Origin: a virus
Taxonomy: Duplodnaviria > Caudoviricetes
Strand: one strand, 5' to 3'
DNA: 48,463 nt
IMG/VR virus record: IMGVR_UViG_3300011102_000328
Span: 1-48,463 of that record
Numbering within the stretch: position 1 is the stretch's first letter; each line of letters starts with the position of its first letter. Below the pieces are notes generated by a model that worked only from the letters and a program-made list of their open reading frames with translations, was not told the DNA's origin and searched no databases. The translations under genes and the position numbers were made by a program. Positions 17,596-26,304 of the stretch are shown here, in pieces.

Positions 17596-18656
17596 CGCGC
17601 ACCCGAGACCGCCGCAGCCAGCTCGGCCTGCTGCCGCGCATGGAAGCCATCCCCCTCAAATCGGGGGGGTTTTCCTACCGGTACCACCCAGTCGGCGCGA
17701 AGCCGATCCCGCTCGGCCGCGACCGGAACGCCGCGATCCGCAAGGTGCTCGACCTCACCGGCCTCTCGCCTGGCTTCGGCTCGCTGCGCTGGGTGTGGGA
17801 GCGCTACACGGACCCACAGCATCCGGCGCCGCGCTGGAAGCGCCTGTCGCCCGGCACACAGGAGGACTACCTGCAGGCCTGGAAGGAACTCGACCGGGTG
17901 TTCGGCGCCATGCCGGTCTCGGCGATCACGCCGCCCATGGTCGCTCGCTACGTCAACGTCGAGCGCGCTCGCTCGCCTCGACGAGCGGTCATCGAGAAGG
18001 CGCTCCTGTCCAACCTCTGCCGACACGCGATCACGCTCGGCGTGGCCACCAGCAATCCGACGATGGGGGTCGAAACCCCGGAGAGCGAACCGCGCACCCA
18101 GGCGCCGGAGCCCGAGGTGCTGCAGCGCTTCCTCGGCTGGCTCGATCGTCAGACGCCTCAGCGCCGCATCATCGGCATGGCCGCGGAGTACGCCAGCCTG
18201 GCCGGCAGCCGCCGCGTCGAGTTCCTGGATCTGACCTGGCCGCAGGTCGACATCGCCGCTGGCGTCGTGCGCACCAAGCGAGCCAAGCAGCGCGGCAAGA
18301 AGCGCGGCGAGGTCATCGAGCTGGTCGAGATCACGCCGCGGCTGGCCGACGTGCTGCAGCGCCTGCTGGCGCTGCGTGCTGAGCGCAGCGTCGACTGCCT
18401 CTACGTGTTCCCGACGCGCGACAACAACTGCTACTCGGCGCGCGGATTCAAGACGCTGTGGCAGCGCTGCATGCAGCTGGCCATGGCCGAGGGCATCCTG
18501 CAGCCGGAGGAACGCTTCACGTTCCACGACCTGCGCGCCTTCTACACGACGGTGCACAAGCGCGAGCGCGGCGAGCTGCCGGATCTGCATGCCGATCCGC
18601 GGACCACGGCCAGGGTTTACGACCGCAACAAATTCGTCCGCAGAAAGGCGCTGTGA
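17592..18656 (+). CDS. int: Tyrosine integrase
   Basis: GSRRVEFLDL, FTFHDLRA, H...TARVYDR; adjacent to attP. Confidence 0.93.
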   Translation: MTRTRDRRSQLGLLPRMEAIPLKSGGFSYRYHPVGAKPIPLGRDRNAAIRKVLDLTGLSPGFGSLRWVWERYTDPQHPAPRWKRLSPGTQEDYLQAWKELDRVFGAMPVSAITPPMVARYVNVERARSPRRAVIEKALLSNLCRHAITLGVATSNPTMGVETPESEPRTQAPEPEVLQRFLGWLDRQTPQRRIIGMAAEYASLAGSRRVEFLDLTWPQVDIAAGVVRTKRAKQRGKKRGEVIELVEITPRLADVLQRLLALRAERSVDCLYVFPTRDNNCYSARGFKTLWQRCMQLAMAEGILQPEERFTFHDLRAFYTTVHKRERGELPDLHADPRTTARVYDRNKFVRRKAL

Positions 18657-18702
18657 CGTGATCAAATTCCAATTTCTGGAATTTTTACGCCAGGATGTGA
18701 GT

Positions 18703-18723
18703 AGGCCCTCACGGGGAGGGCCT
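18703..18723. terminator. Hairpin between int and the tRNA 3' end
   Basis: AGGCCCTC-ACGGG-GAGGGCCT. Confidence 0.55.
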
Positions 18724-18732
18724 TGATTAATC

Positions 18733-18781
18733 TGGGGTGGCTGATGGGACTCGAACCCACGACAACCAGAATCACAATCTG
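18733..18781 (-). other. attP core: 3' half of tRNA-His(GTG)
   Basis: Minus strand CAGATTGTGATTCTGGTTGTCGTGGGTTCGAGTCCCATCAGCCACCCCA; 5' half absent; flanking ATTTCTGGAATTTTT direct repeats near 18672 and 18817. Confidence 0.92.
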
Positions 18782-18935
18782 CGGTTCAAGCAAGCAGTGA
18801 CGCGGCTTCCGGCCGGATTTCTGGAATTTTTCGGCCGCACTACGCCACGCCTCCATGCGGCCTTCCGGCCCTTCGTTCCAGCGCCCATCGCCAGGGCGCG
18901 GCCTGCCGTCGCCGTCATGACCATGGCCGCATATA

Positions 18936-18951
18936 CTGTATGCCCGTACAG
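18936..18951 (+). promoter_or_regulatory. LexA (SOS) box
   Basis: CTGT-ATGCCCGT-ACAG, 12 nt before the ATG at 18964. Confidence 0.75.
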
Positions 18952-18963
18952 CATTCGGAGGCC

Positions 18964-19206
18964 ATGAAGACGGTGACCATGTACCGCTGGCGGTACTACG
19001 ACGACGTGCGCCGCAAGTGGGTCAGGACCACCTACGCCCTGACCGACGCAGAGGCCGCCGAGCGGCTGCCGCCAGGCGCCGAGCGCCTCGACTGCACCGC
19101 TGAGACGCGGACGATCTACGAGACGCTGCAAGAGCAGGCGGAGGCGATAGGCAACCGCCACGCCAAGCTGCACCGCCTGCCAGGCGAGCCGCGCAGCAAG
19201 GGTTAA
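18964..19206 (+). CDS. Small putatively SOS-regulated hypothetical protein
   Basis: GGAGG RBS; MKTVTMYRWRYYD. Confidence 0.7.
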   Translation: MKTVTMYRWRYYDDVRRKWVRTTYALTDAEAAERLPPGAERLDCTAETRTIYETLQEQAEAIGNRHAKLHRLPGEPRSKG

Positions 19207-19324
19207 TCCCTACCTTTCCCCGCTTGCATGTATAGTCACTCGGCTATACACTAGCAGCCATGGTGATCGAGGTGATCACCACCGCCCCGGCGGCACCGGG
19301 CATCCAGATAGGAGCAACATCATG
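19192..19324 (+). repeat. Promoter-operator-leader cassette, copy 1
   Basis: ~133-bp near-identical repeat with 19583-19715; TTGCAT-17-TACACT; inverted repeat TGTATAG-N8-CTATACA. Confidence 0.92.
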
Positions 19325-19534
19325 ACCATTTGCATCGAACTGAAGAACAAGGCCGGCGACATCTTCACTTTTGTCGCTCGCGAGTCCAGCGGCTACGTCT
19401 TCGTCAATCCGACTCCCACCAGCTGGGGCCGACAGCTTTTTGATCGGCACGGGAATGCGTTCATTGCCGACGACGAAGACGAGCTGCGCCGCATTGCCAA
19501 GCGCTGGATGAAGGCGCAGGCCGCTGCCGAGTAG
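19322..19534 (+). CDS. Small orphan protein, anti-defence candidate
   Basis: AGGAG RBS inside the cassette; hairpin at 19541-19566 follows. Confidence 0.8.
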   Translation: MTICIELKNKAGDIFTFVARESSGYVFVNPTPTSWGRQLFDRHGNAFIADDEDELRRIAKRWMKAQAAAE

Positions 19535-19582
19535 TCCCGCAGGCCCCGCCAAGCGCGGGGCTTGTTGCGCGCCATCAAGTGC

Positions 19583-19715
19583 CGCAGTAAGGGTTAATCC
19601 CTACCGTTCCCCGCTTGCATGTATAGTCACTCAGCTATACACTAGCAGCCATGGTGATCGAGGCGATCACCACCGCCCCGGCGGCACCGGGATTCCTGAT
19701 AGGAGCAACATCATG
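19583..19715 (+). repeat. Promoter-operator-leader cassette, copy 2
   Basis: Direct repeat of 19192-19324, offset 391 bp. Confidence 0.92.
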
Positions 19716-19979
19716 GCTACCACCATCCGCACCACCAAGACCTCCCGCGTCATCGTCGAGATGGACGGATGCAGCGACTACTACGGCGGCGCGCTCGTCC
19801 AGGGCAACATCGCCTGCAAGGTCAGCCTGCCGAAGACCGTCACCGTCCACACCAGCACCGACGGCGAGCAGTTCCTCCGCTTCGAGGGCGGAAACTTCTG
19901 GCCCAGCGACCTGGTGAAGATGGCGCACAGCGGCCAGATCAAGGGCGCCAAGGTCTACGAGTTCCGCGTCATCCAGTGA
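19713..19979 (+). CDS. Small orphan protein, anti-defence candidate
   Basis: AGGAG RBS inside the cassette. Confidence 0.8.
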   Translation: MATTIRTTKTSRVIVEMDGCSDYYGGALVQGNIACKVSLPKTVTVHTSTDGEQFLRFEGGNFWPSDLVKMAHSGQIKGAKVYEFRVIQ

Positions 19980-20124
19980 GCATCGTGCGTCAAGGTGCTG
20001 ATCGAACAGGACCAGTGCTCGACACCTGAGCACGCCGTCAGCGCCTGGCGTGGCACCACAGACGCCTAAATCCGCCGTCAGCCAACTATCTGGGCCGCCC
20101 AGGCGGCCCTAGAAGGAGCACATC

Positions 20125-20469
20125 ATGACCAGCCAAGCCTACTGCACGATCCCGAATTTCATCCTGGACGACCTGAAGACCTGCATCGAAGCCGGCATCG
20201 TGCCGCGGATCCGCCACGGCATCAGCGGCAACAATCACACCACCTGGCGCATCCGGTTTAGCCTGTGGGTGGACCGAGCCCGCGGCTATCCCAAGTACTA
20301 CGACTTTGAAGTCGAGGTGATCGGCAGCTATCAGCGATTCATTGACCACAGACTGGTGGCCGGACCAGGCTTCGACGACGTCGCGCAAGAGTGCACGAGC
20401 ATGGCGGCGTGCATCGAGCTCGCGAAAGCCAAAGTGGCCGAGCTCGAGGCCAAAGAAAGTAGCACGTGA
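20125..20469 (+). CDS. Orphan protein, anti-defence candidate
   Basis: AAGGAGCACATCATG initiation region resembling the cassette end. Confidence 0.75.
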   Translation: MTSQAYCTIPNFILDDLKTCIEAGIVPRIRHGISGNNHTTWRIRFSLWVDRARGYPKYYDFEVEVIGSYQRFIDHRLVAGPGFDDVAQECTSMAACIELAKAKVAELEAKESST

Positions 20470-20894
20470 TGGACACAGCTCTGGTACACCTGCGCGTACC
20501 GGCCGCCACCAAGGCGCGCTGGGTGCGCGCTTCCCGAGCCGCCGGCATGCGGCTCACCGACTGGATCACCAGCGCCGTGGAGGCTCACATGCGCACGCAG
20601 ATCAAGATACCTGACGACGTCACGATCGCCGACCTGAAGCTGGCTCGGGAGCCTGACGGCTCGGTGTCCTTCGACACCAGCGTCATCTCCAAGATCGAGC
20701 GCGCGAGCGGCCTGCCCGAGGGCACCTTCATGGCTCAGCCAGAGGACGCCCTTGGCGAGCTGCTGGCCAAGTGGTACCGCATGCACCTGGCCGCCGGCGG
20801 CGATCCCGACCCGGTGTGGACCGACCTCATCGGCGAGGTGCAGGCCGAGGAGGCCGCCGGCCAGCACGTCAGCCTGCCGCCAGGACGCGCATGA
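20466..20894 (+). CDS. Ribbon-helix-helix regulator with C-terminal domain
   Basis: VHLRVPAATKARWVRASRAAGMRLTDWI. Confidence 0.75.
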   Translation: MMDTALVHLRVPAATKARWVRASRAAGMRLTDWITSAVEAHMRTQIKIPDDVTIADLKLAREPDGSVSFDTSVISKIERASGLPEGTFMAQPEDALGELLAKWYRMHLAAGGDPDPVWTDLIGEVQAEEAAGQHVSLPPGRA

Positions 20895-21130
20895 GCACCG
20901 CATTGACACCTCAGGACTTTGAAGACCTGGCCTGGCTGGCCGGCCTCAAGGAATCGGCATCACGCGAGGCCGCGCGCCTGGCACTTGTAGAGGGCCTGTC
21001 GGCTGCCGAGGCTGGCCGCCGCGTCGGGATCACGCGCGACGCGGCCTCAAAGGCTGTGCGCAAGTGCCGCGAGACGCTCGAGCGCGCCGAGCAGCTGGTG
21101 CGCCGGCGGGCGCAGGTCACTTCGGCTTAG
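20891..21130 (+). CDS. TrfB/KorA-like HTH protein
   Basis: EAARLALVEGLSAAEAGRRVGITRDAASKAV. Confidence 0.7.
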   Translation: MSTALTPQDFEDLAWLAGLKESASREAARLALVEGLSAAEAGRRVGITRDAASKAVRKCRETLERAEQLVRRRAQVTSA

Positions 21131-21764
21131 GCGCCGGCTCTGCGATCATCAGCTCGGCCGGGTACTGCCTGACCATCGACCAGGCCTCGTCAGGCGAGCA
21201 GTCGAGCCAGCGGTCGTAGTCGGCCTGGTCGAGGATGACGACCATGCGCTTCTCGTCCTCCGGACGGTGGAAGCGCCGCATCAGCGGGTGGTCGTCCGCG
21301 TTCACCGTGAGCATGGTGAAGCTGAGCGCCTCTTCGCCGGTCTTCGGATCGCGCCACCAGCCCCACAGGCCGGCGATCCCGAAGGCCGCCCAGCCTCGCA
21401 GGCCGATGCGCCAGCGCACGGCCTTACCGGTCTCGTAGCAGGGCTCGTAGATCCACTCGGCCGGGACGATGCAGCGCTGGCCACGATACCAAGCGTCGCG
21501 AAAGGTCGGTTTCTCGGCGACGGTCTCTGATCGCGCGTTGTAGGTCCGCCGGCCCAGGGCCAGGTCCTTGGACCAGTGCGGCACCAGGCCGAAGCGCCCG
21601 TCCTGCACCTCGCGCCGGTACTCGACCGAGTCGCGGGCGCGGCGGATGAAGGGCGCTAGGTAGCCGGGATAGGCCTCGATGGGGGTCTCGCGCTCGGGCC
21701 GCACGACGCCGAATCGACTCAACAGCCAATCGGCGCGGGTAACCGGCTTGTAGTTGGAGCACAT
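21117..21764 (-). CDS. SOS response-associated peptidase (SRAP/YedK/HMCES family)
   Basis: N-terminal MC, YNARSET, RCIVPA, H...KRMVVIL. Confidence 0.93.
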   Translation of the reverse strand: MCSNYKPVTRADWLLSRFGVVRPERETPIEAYPGYLAPFIRRARDSVEYRREVQDGRFGLVPHWSKDLALGRRTYNARSETVAEKPTFRDAWYRGQRCIVPAEWIYEPCYETGKAVRWRIGLRGWAAFGIAGLWGWWRDPKTGEEALSFTMLTVNADDHPLMRRFHRPEDEKRMVVILDQADYDRWLDCSPDEAWSMVRQYPAELMIAEPAPKPK

Positions 21765-21837
21765 GGCGTCCGGTTACCCCCATGAACTGCGGTGTTGCAT
21801 GCAGGCAACAACCATGCCCGCATGTGATATAATGCGC

Positions 21838-21983
21838 ACCGCTGAAACGCCAATAGCCGGCGGCCACCGGCTATTGAGCGCCCCCGAAGTTGCCTACCGG
21901 GGTAGCAGTTGTGATCGTCCCGATCACTCTCGTGAGGTGTGGATTATATAGCAATTGCTAAACAGTTCAGCGGTAGGCTTTTT
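21838..21983 (+). ncRNA. Multi-stem structured RNA or leader
   Basis: TGATATAAT extended -10 upstream; closing stem ACCGCTGAA/TTCAGCGGT; inner stems at 21851-21876 and 21911-21927. Confidence 0.55.
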
Positions 21984-22008
21984 GTAATCATTGAAAGGAG
22001 GACAAAAG

Positions 22009-22149
22009 TTGTCCAAGAGTCAAACCAAGCAAACCGCCTACCGTAGCGCCGAGACCGGCCGTTTCGTGACGAAGCAGTACGCGAAGCGTCATCCGCAGAC
22101 GACCGTCAAGGAGCGCAATCCGGTCCCCTCGCCGCAGCGGAAGAAGTGA
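22009..22149 (+). CDS. 46-aa basic peptide (RSAETGRFVT...HPQTTVKE)
   Basis: AAGGAGG RBS and TTG start; absent from the ORF track. Confidence 0.7.
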   Translation: MSKSQTKQTAYRSAETGRFVTKQYAKRHPQTTVKERNPVPSPQRKK

Positions 22150-22191
22150 CCGACCAATAGGGGCCCAGGCCCCTATTGCCGCCACCTGCTC

Positions 22192-22220
22192 ACACCCGCC
22201 CTCGCGGCGGGTGTTTTTTT
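22192..22220 (+). terminator. Intrinsic terminator
   Basis: ACACCCGCC-CTCGC-GGCGGGTGT followed by a T run. Confidence 0.85.
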
Positions 22221-22224
22221 CGGG

Positions 22225-23013
22225 TCAGAACAGCCCGGCCGGCTCGGCCTGTCGGTCCCAGGAGTAAACGATCAGCTCTTGGCGCTGCGCCGGCCTGGCC
22301 CCTCCCCCGACGATGTAGGCGATGTCGACCACCTCGACGTCGAAACCGGCGAACACCCGCCTGATGTCCGGGTGGTCATTGATGCTGAGCAGCATCTTGC
22401 CCTGCAGCTGGCGCATGCAGGCCGCCAAGCGCTCGTACTGCTCGAAGGGGAAGTCCACGCCATAGCCCTCGGTCTGCCAGTACGGTGGATCGGCGTAGAA
22501 CAGCGTGTGCGGCCGGTCATATCGCGCTACGCACTCCGCCCAGTCGAGGTGCTCGATGTAGGCGCTGGCCAGCCGCAGGTGCGCGGCGCTCAGATCCTCC
22601 TCGATGCGCAGCAGGTTGACCGCGGGCGCGGTGGTGGCCGTGCCCCAGGTCTGCCCGCGCACCTTGCCGCCGAAGGCCTGGTGCTGGAGGTAGTAGAAGC
22701 GCGCTGCGCGCTGGATGTCGGTCAGCGTCTCCGGCGGCGTGATCTGCAGCCACCGAAACACCTCACGGCTGCTCAGTGCCCACTTGAACTGGCGCACGAA
22801 CTCCTCGAGGTGGTGCTTGACGACCCGATAGAGGTTGACCAGCTCGCCGTTGACGTCGTTGATCACCTCGACGTCCGCCGGCGGCCGCATGAAGTAAAGC
22901 GCGGCGCCTCCGGCGAACAGCTCGACGTAGCAGGTGTGCGGTGGAAAGCGTTGGATCAGCAGCTCGGCCAAGCGGCGCTTGCCACCGATCCAGGGGATGA
23001 TGGGACTTGCCAT
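22225..23013 (-). CDS. D12-class (Dam-like) DNA adenine methyltransferase
   Basis: PWIGGKRRLA, YVELFAGG, INDVN, ADPPY. Confidence 0.95.
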   Translation of the reverse strand: MASPIIPWIGGKRRLAELLIQRFPPHTCYVELFAGGAALYFMRPPADVEVINDVNGELVNLYRVVKHHLEEFVRQFKWALSSREVFRWLQITPPETLTDIQRAARFYYLQHQAFGGKVRGQTWGTATTAPAVNLLRIEEDLSAAHLRLASAYIEHLDWAECVARYDRPHTLFYADPPYWQTEGYGVDFPFEQYERLAACMRQLQGKMLLSINDHPDIRRVFAGFDVEVVDIAYIVGGGARPAQRQELIVYSWDRQAEPAGLF

Positions 23014-23040
23014 GGGCTCCACGCGTCTTGAGTACACTTC

Positions 23041-23139
23041 GCCCGCCATCGCGATGGTGGCAGGGCCTTGGCTGGGCCCACAGGCGCGTCTGTGGGGCTG
23101 GCGGCCGGCCCGGGTGTTGCCGCACCCGGGCCGGTCGCC
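23041..23139 (-). ncRNA. Three-hairpin leader upstream of the methyltransferase, possibly the D12-methyl RNA motif
   Basis: Stems at 23041-23066, 23076-23098 and 23101-23139. Confidence 0.5.
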
Positions 23140-23161
23140 CTGTCTTTTGCTGGGGTAGGCA

Positions 23162-24838
23162 TCAAGGCATGAGGTCGACCTCCAAGCTCACACCACCGCG
23201 CACCTCGATGCAAAGGCGCTGCTGCTCTTCCTGCAGTGCGATTCCGCCGACGGCCGAGACCGTCACGTCGCCCGTGCGTCCCTCCTGGCCGCCCGGCGAC
23301 ATCACGTAGACGCCCAGGGCTGCGCTCAGCCGCTGGCGCTCCTCGACGCCGGCGCTCATGGCTGCCTGCAGGACGCCCTGGACGGCTACGGCCGCCGCCA
23401 CGGTGGCACCGGCGCTGCGCGCCTGCAGCACGGCCACCTGCACGCCCGCAGCCGCCTGCAAGGCCACCAGGATGGCCGCGTCGATCGACGCGCTCGCACT
23501 GGTGCCCGCCTGCACCTGGACGTCGAGCGACGCCCCTGCCTCCCTCAGCTGCGCAAGGACGAGCGAGAGCTCGGCAGACAGTGTGGCCAAGCGCTGGAGC
23601 GCCAGGTCGAGTTGCGCACCCGCACCGCGAGGCAGCTGCACAGCGCTGGCCAGCCCTGCCCCCGCGCTGCGTCCTCCACGCACAGCTGCGTCGACGGCGG
23701 CCTGCGCGCGGCTTGGCAGCAGCACCACGACATCGACGTCGGCGGCGGCCGCGAGCAGCTGCTGCAGCGCAGCCGACAGCGACGCACTCACCTGGCTGCC
23801 GCCCTGTACCTGGACGTCGAGCAGAGCCGTGACCTGTCGGGTGCTCAGCACCCGCGCCTCCAGCAGGGCGCTGGCCGTGCGCGCCTGCGTCAGCACGGCA
23901 TCGAGATCGGCCGACAGGCTCCCGAGCCGCCTCACTGCCCCGTCGACCAAGCTGCTCGAGCTGCGGGCCGCCTGGACGGCCACCTGCACGCCCGCGACCT
24001 TGGCGACCAGAGTCTGCACTGCAGCGGCCAGCGAGGCGTCGGCGCCGCGCTGCCGCGACAGGGCCGCCTGCAGGCCCACCGTGGCCCCACGGGGCGCTGC
24101 GACGGCCGCGCCGAGCCCACTGGTGGTCTGCCTCCTCTGCTGCACGATGGCCGCCATGCTGGCCGTGGCGCTGCGAGTGGCGGGGCCGGAGGCGGCCTCC
24201 GGCCACGCGGCGATGACCGCATCAGCTGGCCAATAGTCGCCATAGCCGTGCGTCGCCGACTGCACCCCCGACACTGCCGCCACGCGATAGGCCGCCTGGT
24301 AGCCGGTGTAGTTCCAGGAGTCGTTCTGGACGTCGATTCGGGTGTAGCCGGAGGGGGCGGCCCACCCGAAGTTGTCGCTACCGCCCTCGGCCACCGCCCC
24401 CGTGACGATCAGGTGGGGGCCAGACGTCAACGACTCGGCCGTCGAGACAGTGACGCTCGTGGCAATCGACGGAGGCTGGCTCGCGGATCCCTTGCCGGTC
24501 GGCGCGCCGGCGGCGACGCCGGACCACTCCATCGCCATGCCGGAGAGGTAGACGTCCGACGAAACGGCGCTGGTGAGGGTCATCGTCGTCGAACCCGCCA
24601 CCGCGTTGTCGGCGTACCAGATCTCGACGAAGTTGTCGCCGTCGTCACCCTGTGCGACCGCCTTGGTCCAGCTGTTTCCTCGGCTGTCGGTGACGGCGGA
24701 GAGGCCGCTTGGATAGTTGGCGACGATCAGGATGAGCTTGCTCCCGGCCGTCACCGGAGCACTGAACGACAGGGTCGCAGTGGCCCCGGATCCGGCCGTG
24801 CGCAGCGCCGGAGAGGTCTGGATCAGCGTTGCAGCCAC
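23162..24838 (-). CDS. Putative fibre/virion appendage protein with a repetitive Ala/Val-rich C-terminal half
   Basis: Beta-rich N-domain; periodic L(D/S)(A/V)xxQ segments. Confidence 0.65.
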   Translation of the reverse strand: MAATLIQTSPALRTAGSGATATLSFSAPVTAGSKLILIVANYPSGLSAVTDSRGNSWTKAVAQGDDGDNFVEIWYADNAVAGSTTMTLTSAVSSDVYLSGMAMEWSGVAAGAPTGKGSASQPPSIATSVTVSTAESLTSGPHLIVTGAVAEGGSDNFGWAAPSGYTRIDVQNDSWNYTGYQAAYRVAAVSGVQSATHGYGDYWPADAVIAAWPEAASGPATRSATASMAAIVQQRRQTTSGLGAAVAAPRGATVGLQAALSRQRGADASLAAAVQTLVAKVAGVQVAVQAARSSSSLVDGAVRRLGSLSADLDAVLTQARTASALLEARVLSTRQVTALLDVQVQGGSQVSASLSAALQQLLAAAADVDVVVLLPSRAQAAVDAAVRGGRSAGAGLASAVQLPRGAGAQLDLALQRLATLSAELSLVLAQLREAGASLDVQVQAGTSASASIDAAILVALQAAAGVQVAVLQARSAGATVAAAVAVQGVLQAAMSAGVEERQRLSAALGVYVMSPGGQEGRTGDVTVSAVGGIALQEEQQRLCIEVRGGVSLEVDLMP

Positions 24839-24860
24839 GTGCCTGGCTCTCCGCGCCGCA

Positions 24861-26297
24861 TCACAGCGGCGGCACGTCGATCACGTAGTCGTCGACGGCA
24901 CCAGAGCCCCAGTTGCTGGCAAACACCACCTTGCTCAAGTCGTGGTTTGGCACCGCCTGGTGCTCGCCGAAGTAGCCGCCGTAGTCGCCTCCCTGCACGC
25001 GGGTGTGCGCCAGGTTGAGCAGGCGGCCGCCCGGCTTCAGCTCGGCCAAGAACACCTTTCGGTACTGCGGCGCCAGCATCGTGTCGGGGCTGCGTTTCGG
25101 GTCGTGGCCCATGTAGTCGGCGTAGGTGCTGATCACGGCCCACCCCGGCTTGCCGAAGGCCTTGCCGCTGATGTGGCAGGCGTAGGCGCTACCGTAGCGC
25201 GGGTACAGCGGGACCAGGTCGAACGCGCTGCTGGCGCCAACGTCGCACCGGATGGCCCGGATCTGTCCGGCGTTGTAGTCGGCGATCACGAGCAGGTCCT
25301 CGCCGCTCGGCCCCATGCAGAGGTCGGAATGCTCTGACGCGCCGTGCAGCTGCACGTATGCAGAAAAATCCGGCAGGTAGGCCCGAGTGCCCTTGCTGTC
25401 GACCCACGACGGCACGACGCGGCTACCGCTTGGCGTGATGCTGACGTGGTCTGGCCGGCTGGTGGTGGACATCGTGTGCACCTTGCCGGCCGCGATGTCG
25501 ACATAGGCCAGGCCCAGCATGGCGAAGCTGTCGGTTTCGACCTGCAGCGCGATCTTCGTGCCGTCGGCCGAGAAGCAGCCTTCGCCCTTCGTCCAAGCAC
25601 GCGCAGCGTTCGACCACGGCAGCTTGCCGCGCAGGTCGAACAGCACCGAGGCCCGGCCGGTGCGCACGTTCAGCGCGTACCAGGTCAGTCCGCCGTTGTT
25701 GGCGGTGTGCAGCACCACGTCCGGGTCGGTCGGGTGCCACTGCGCCTCGCAGTTGCCAGCCAATGGTAGGCGGCCCAGGTCGCGGCCCGTGGCGATGTCG
25801 TGCACGTGCCAGTGGCCGGAGGTGATCCAGATCAGCAGCTTCGTGCTGTCGGCGTTGATCGCCTGCTTGCGGCTGTAGAAGTGCCGCGCGTATGAACAGT
25901 TGTGCTGACCACGCGCGTCCGTCACGCGCCGCACCGTGACGCCGTAGGCTGGGTCGACGTAGGTCTCACCCAGGGGCGGCTTCGGGACGTACTGGATCGG
26001 GTCGGCCGACAGCGCGCGCAGCAGCACGATGGGCGCGGGCGACGGTGCAGGCGGCGCAGGCGGCGCCTGAGGATCGGGCTCAGGGGCTGGCGCCGGAGGC
26101 GCAGGCGGCTCGGGAGCAGGTGCCTGAGGGTCCTCGAGCCCCGTCGGGGGATGGTACAGCTCGGACACCTGGTCCTCGAGCACTGCCACGCGTTGCTCCA
26201 GCTGCGCCACCTGCGCGCGCAGCGCCTGCAGCTCGGCCTGGCTCGCCGCGCCGAGATCCTCAGGCAAAGCCGGGATGGAAAACTCGATCTTGTTCAT
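24861..26297 (-). CDS. Coiled-coil, Pro-rich linker and beta-propeller-like domain; possible receptor-binding protein
   Basis: LRAQVAQLEQRVAVLE; PAPEP linker; NADSTK, SADGTK, TPSGSR, VVFASNW blade-like motifs. Confidence 0.7.
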   Translation of the reverse strand: MNKIEFSIPALPEDLGAASQAELQALRAQVAQLEQRVAVLEDQVSELYHPPTGLEDPQAPAPEPPAPPAPAPEPDPQAPPAPPAPSPAPIVLLRALSADPIQYVPKPPLGETYVDPAYGVTVRRVTDARGQHNCSYARHFYSRKQAINADSTKLLIWITSGHWHVHDIATGRDLGRLPLAGNCEAQWHPTDPDVVLHTANNGGLTWYALNVRTGRASVLFDLRGKLPWSNAARAWTKGEGCFSADGTKIALQVETDSFAMLGLAYVDIAAGKVHTMSTTSRPDHVSITPSGSRVVPSWVDSKGTRAYLPDFSAYVQLHGASEHSDLCMGPSGEDLLVIADYNAGQIRAIRCDVGASSAFDLVPLYPRYGSAYACHISGKAFGKPGWAVISTYADYMGHDPKRSPDTMLAPQYRKVFLAELKPGGRLLNLAHTRVQGGDYGGYFGEHQAVPNHDLSKVVFASNWGSGAVDDYVIDVPPL

Positions 26298-26304
26298 GCT
26301 GCAT

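Noticed and set aside
17445-18665. 406-aa minus-strand ORF opposite the integrase
   Set aside because: Antisense shadow of int
18733-18781. Functional tRNA-His gene
   Set aside because: 5' acceptor strand and D arm are missing; it is an att core
19192-19715. DGR template/variable repeat pair or IS ends
   Set aside because: No reverse transcriptase or transposase; mismatches are not adenine-specific; the repeats are promoter/leader DNA
26030-26130. Repeated GGCGCAGGCGGC motifs as a second guide-like array
   Set aside because: In-frame Pro/Ala linker of a coding gene, with 3-nt periodicity
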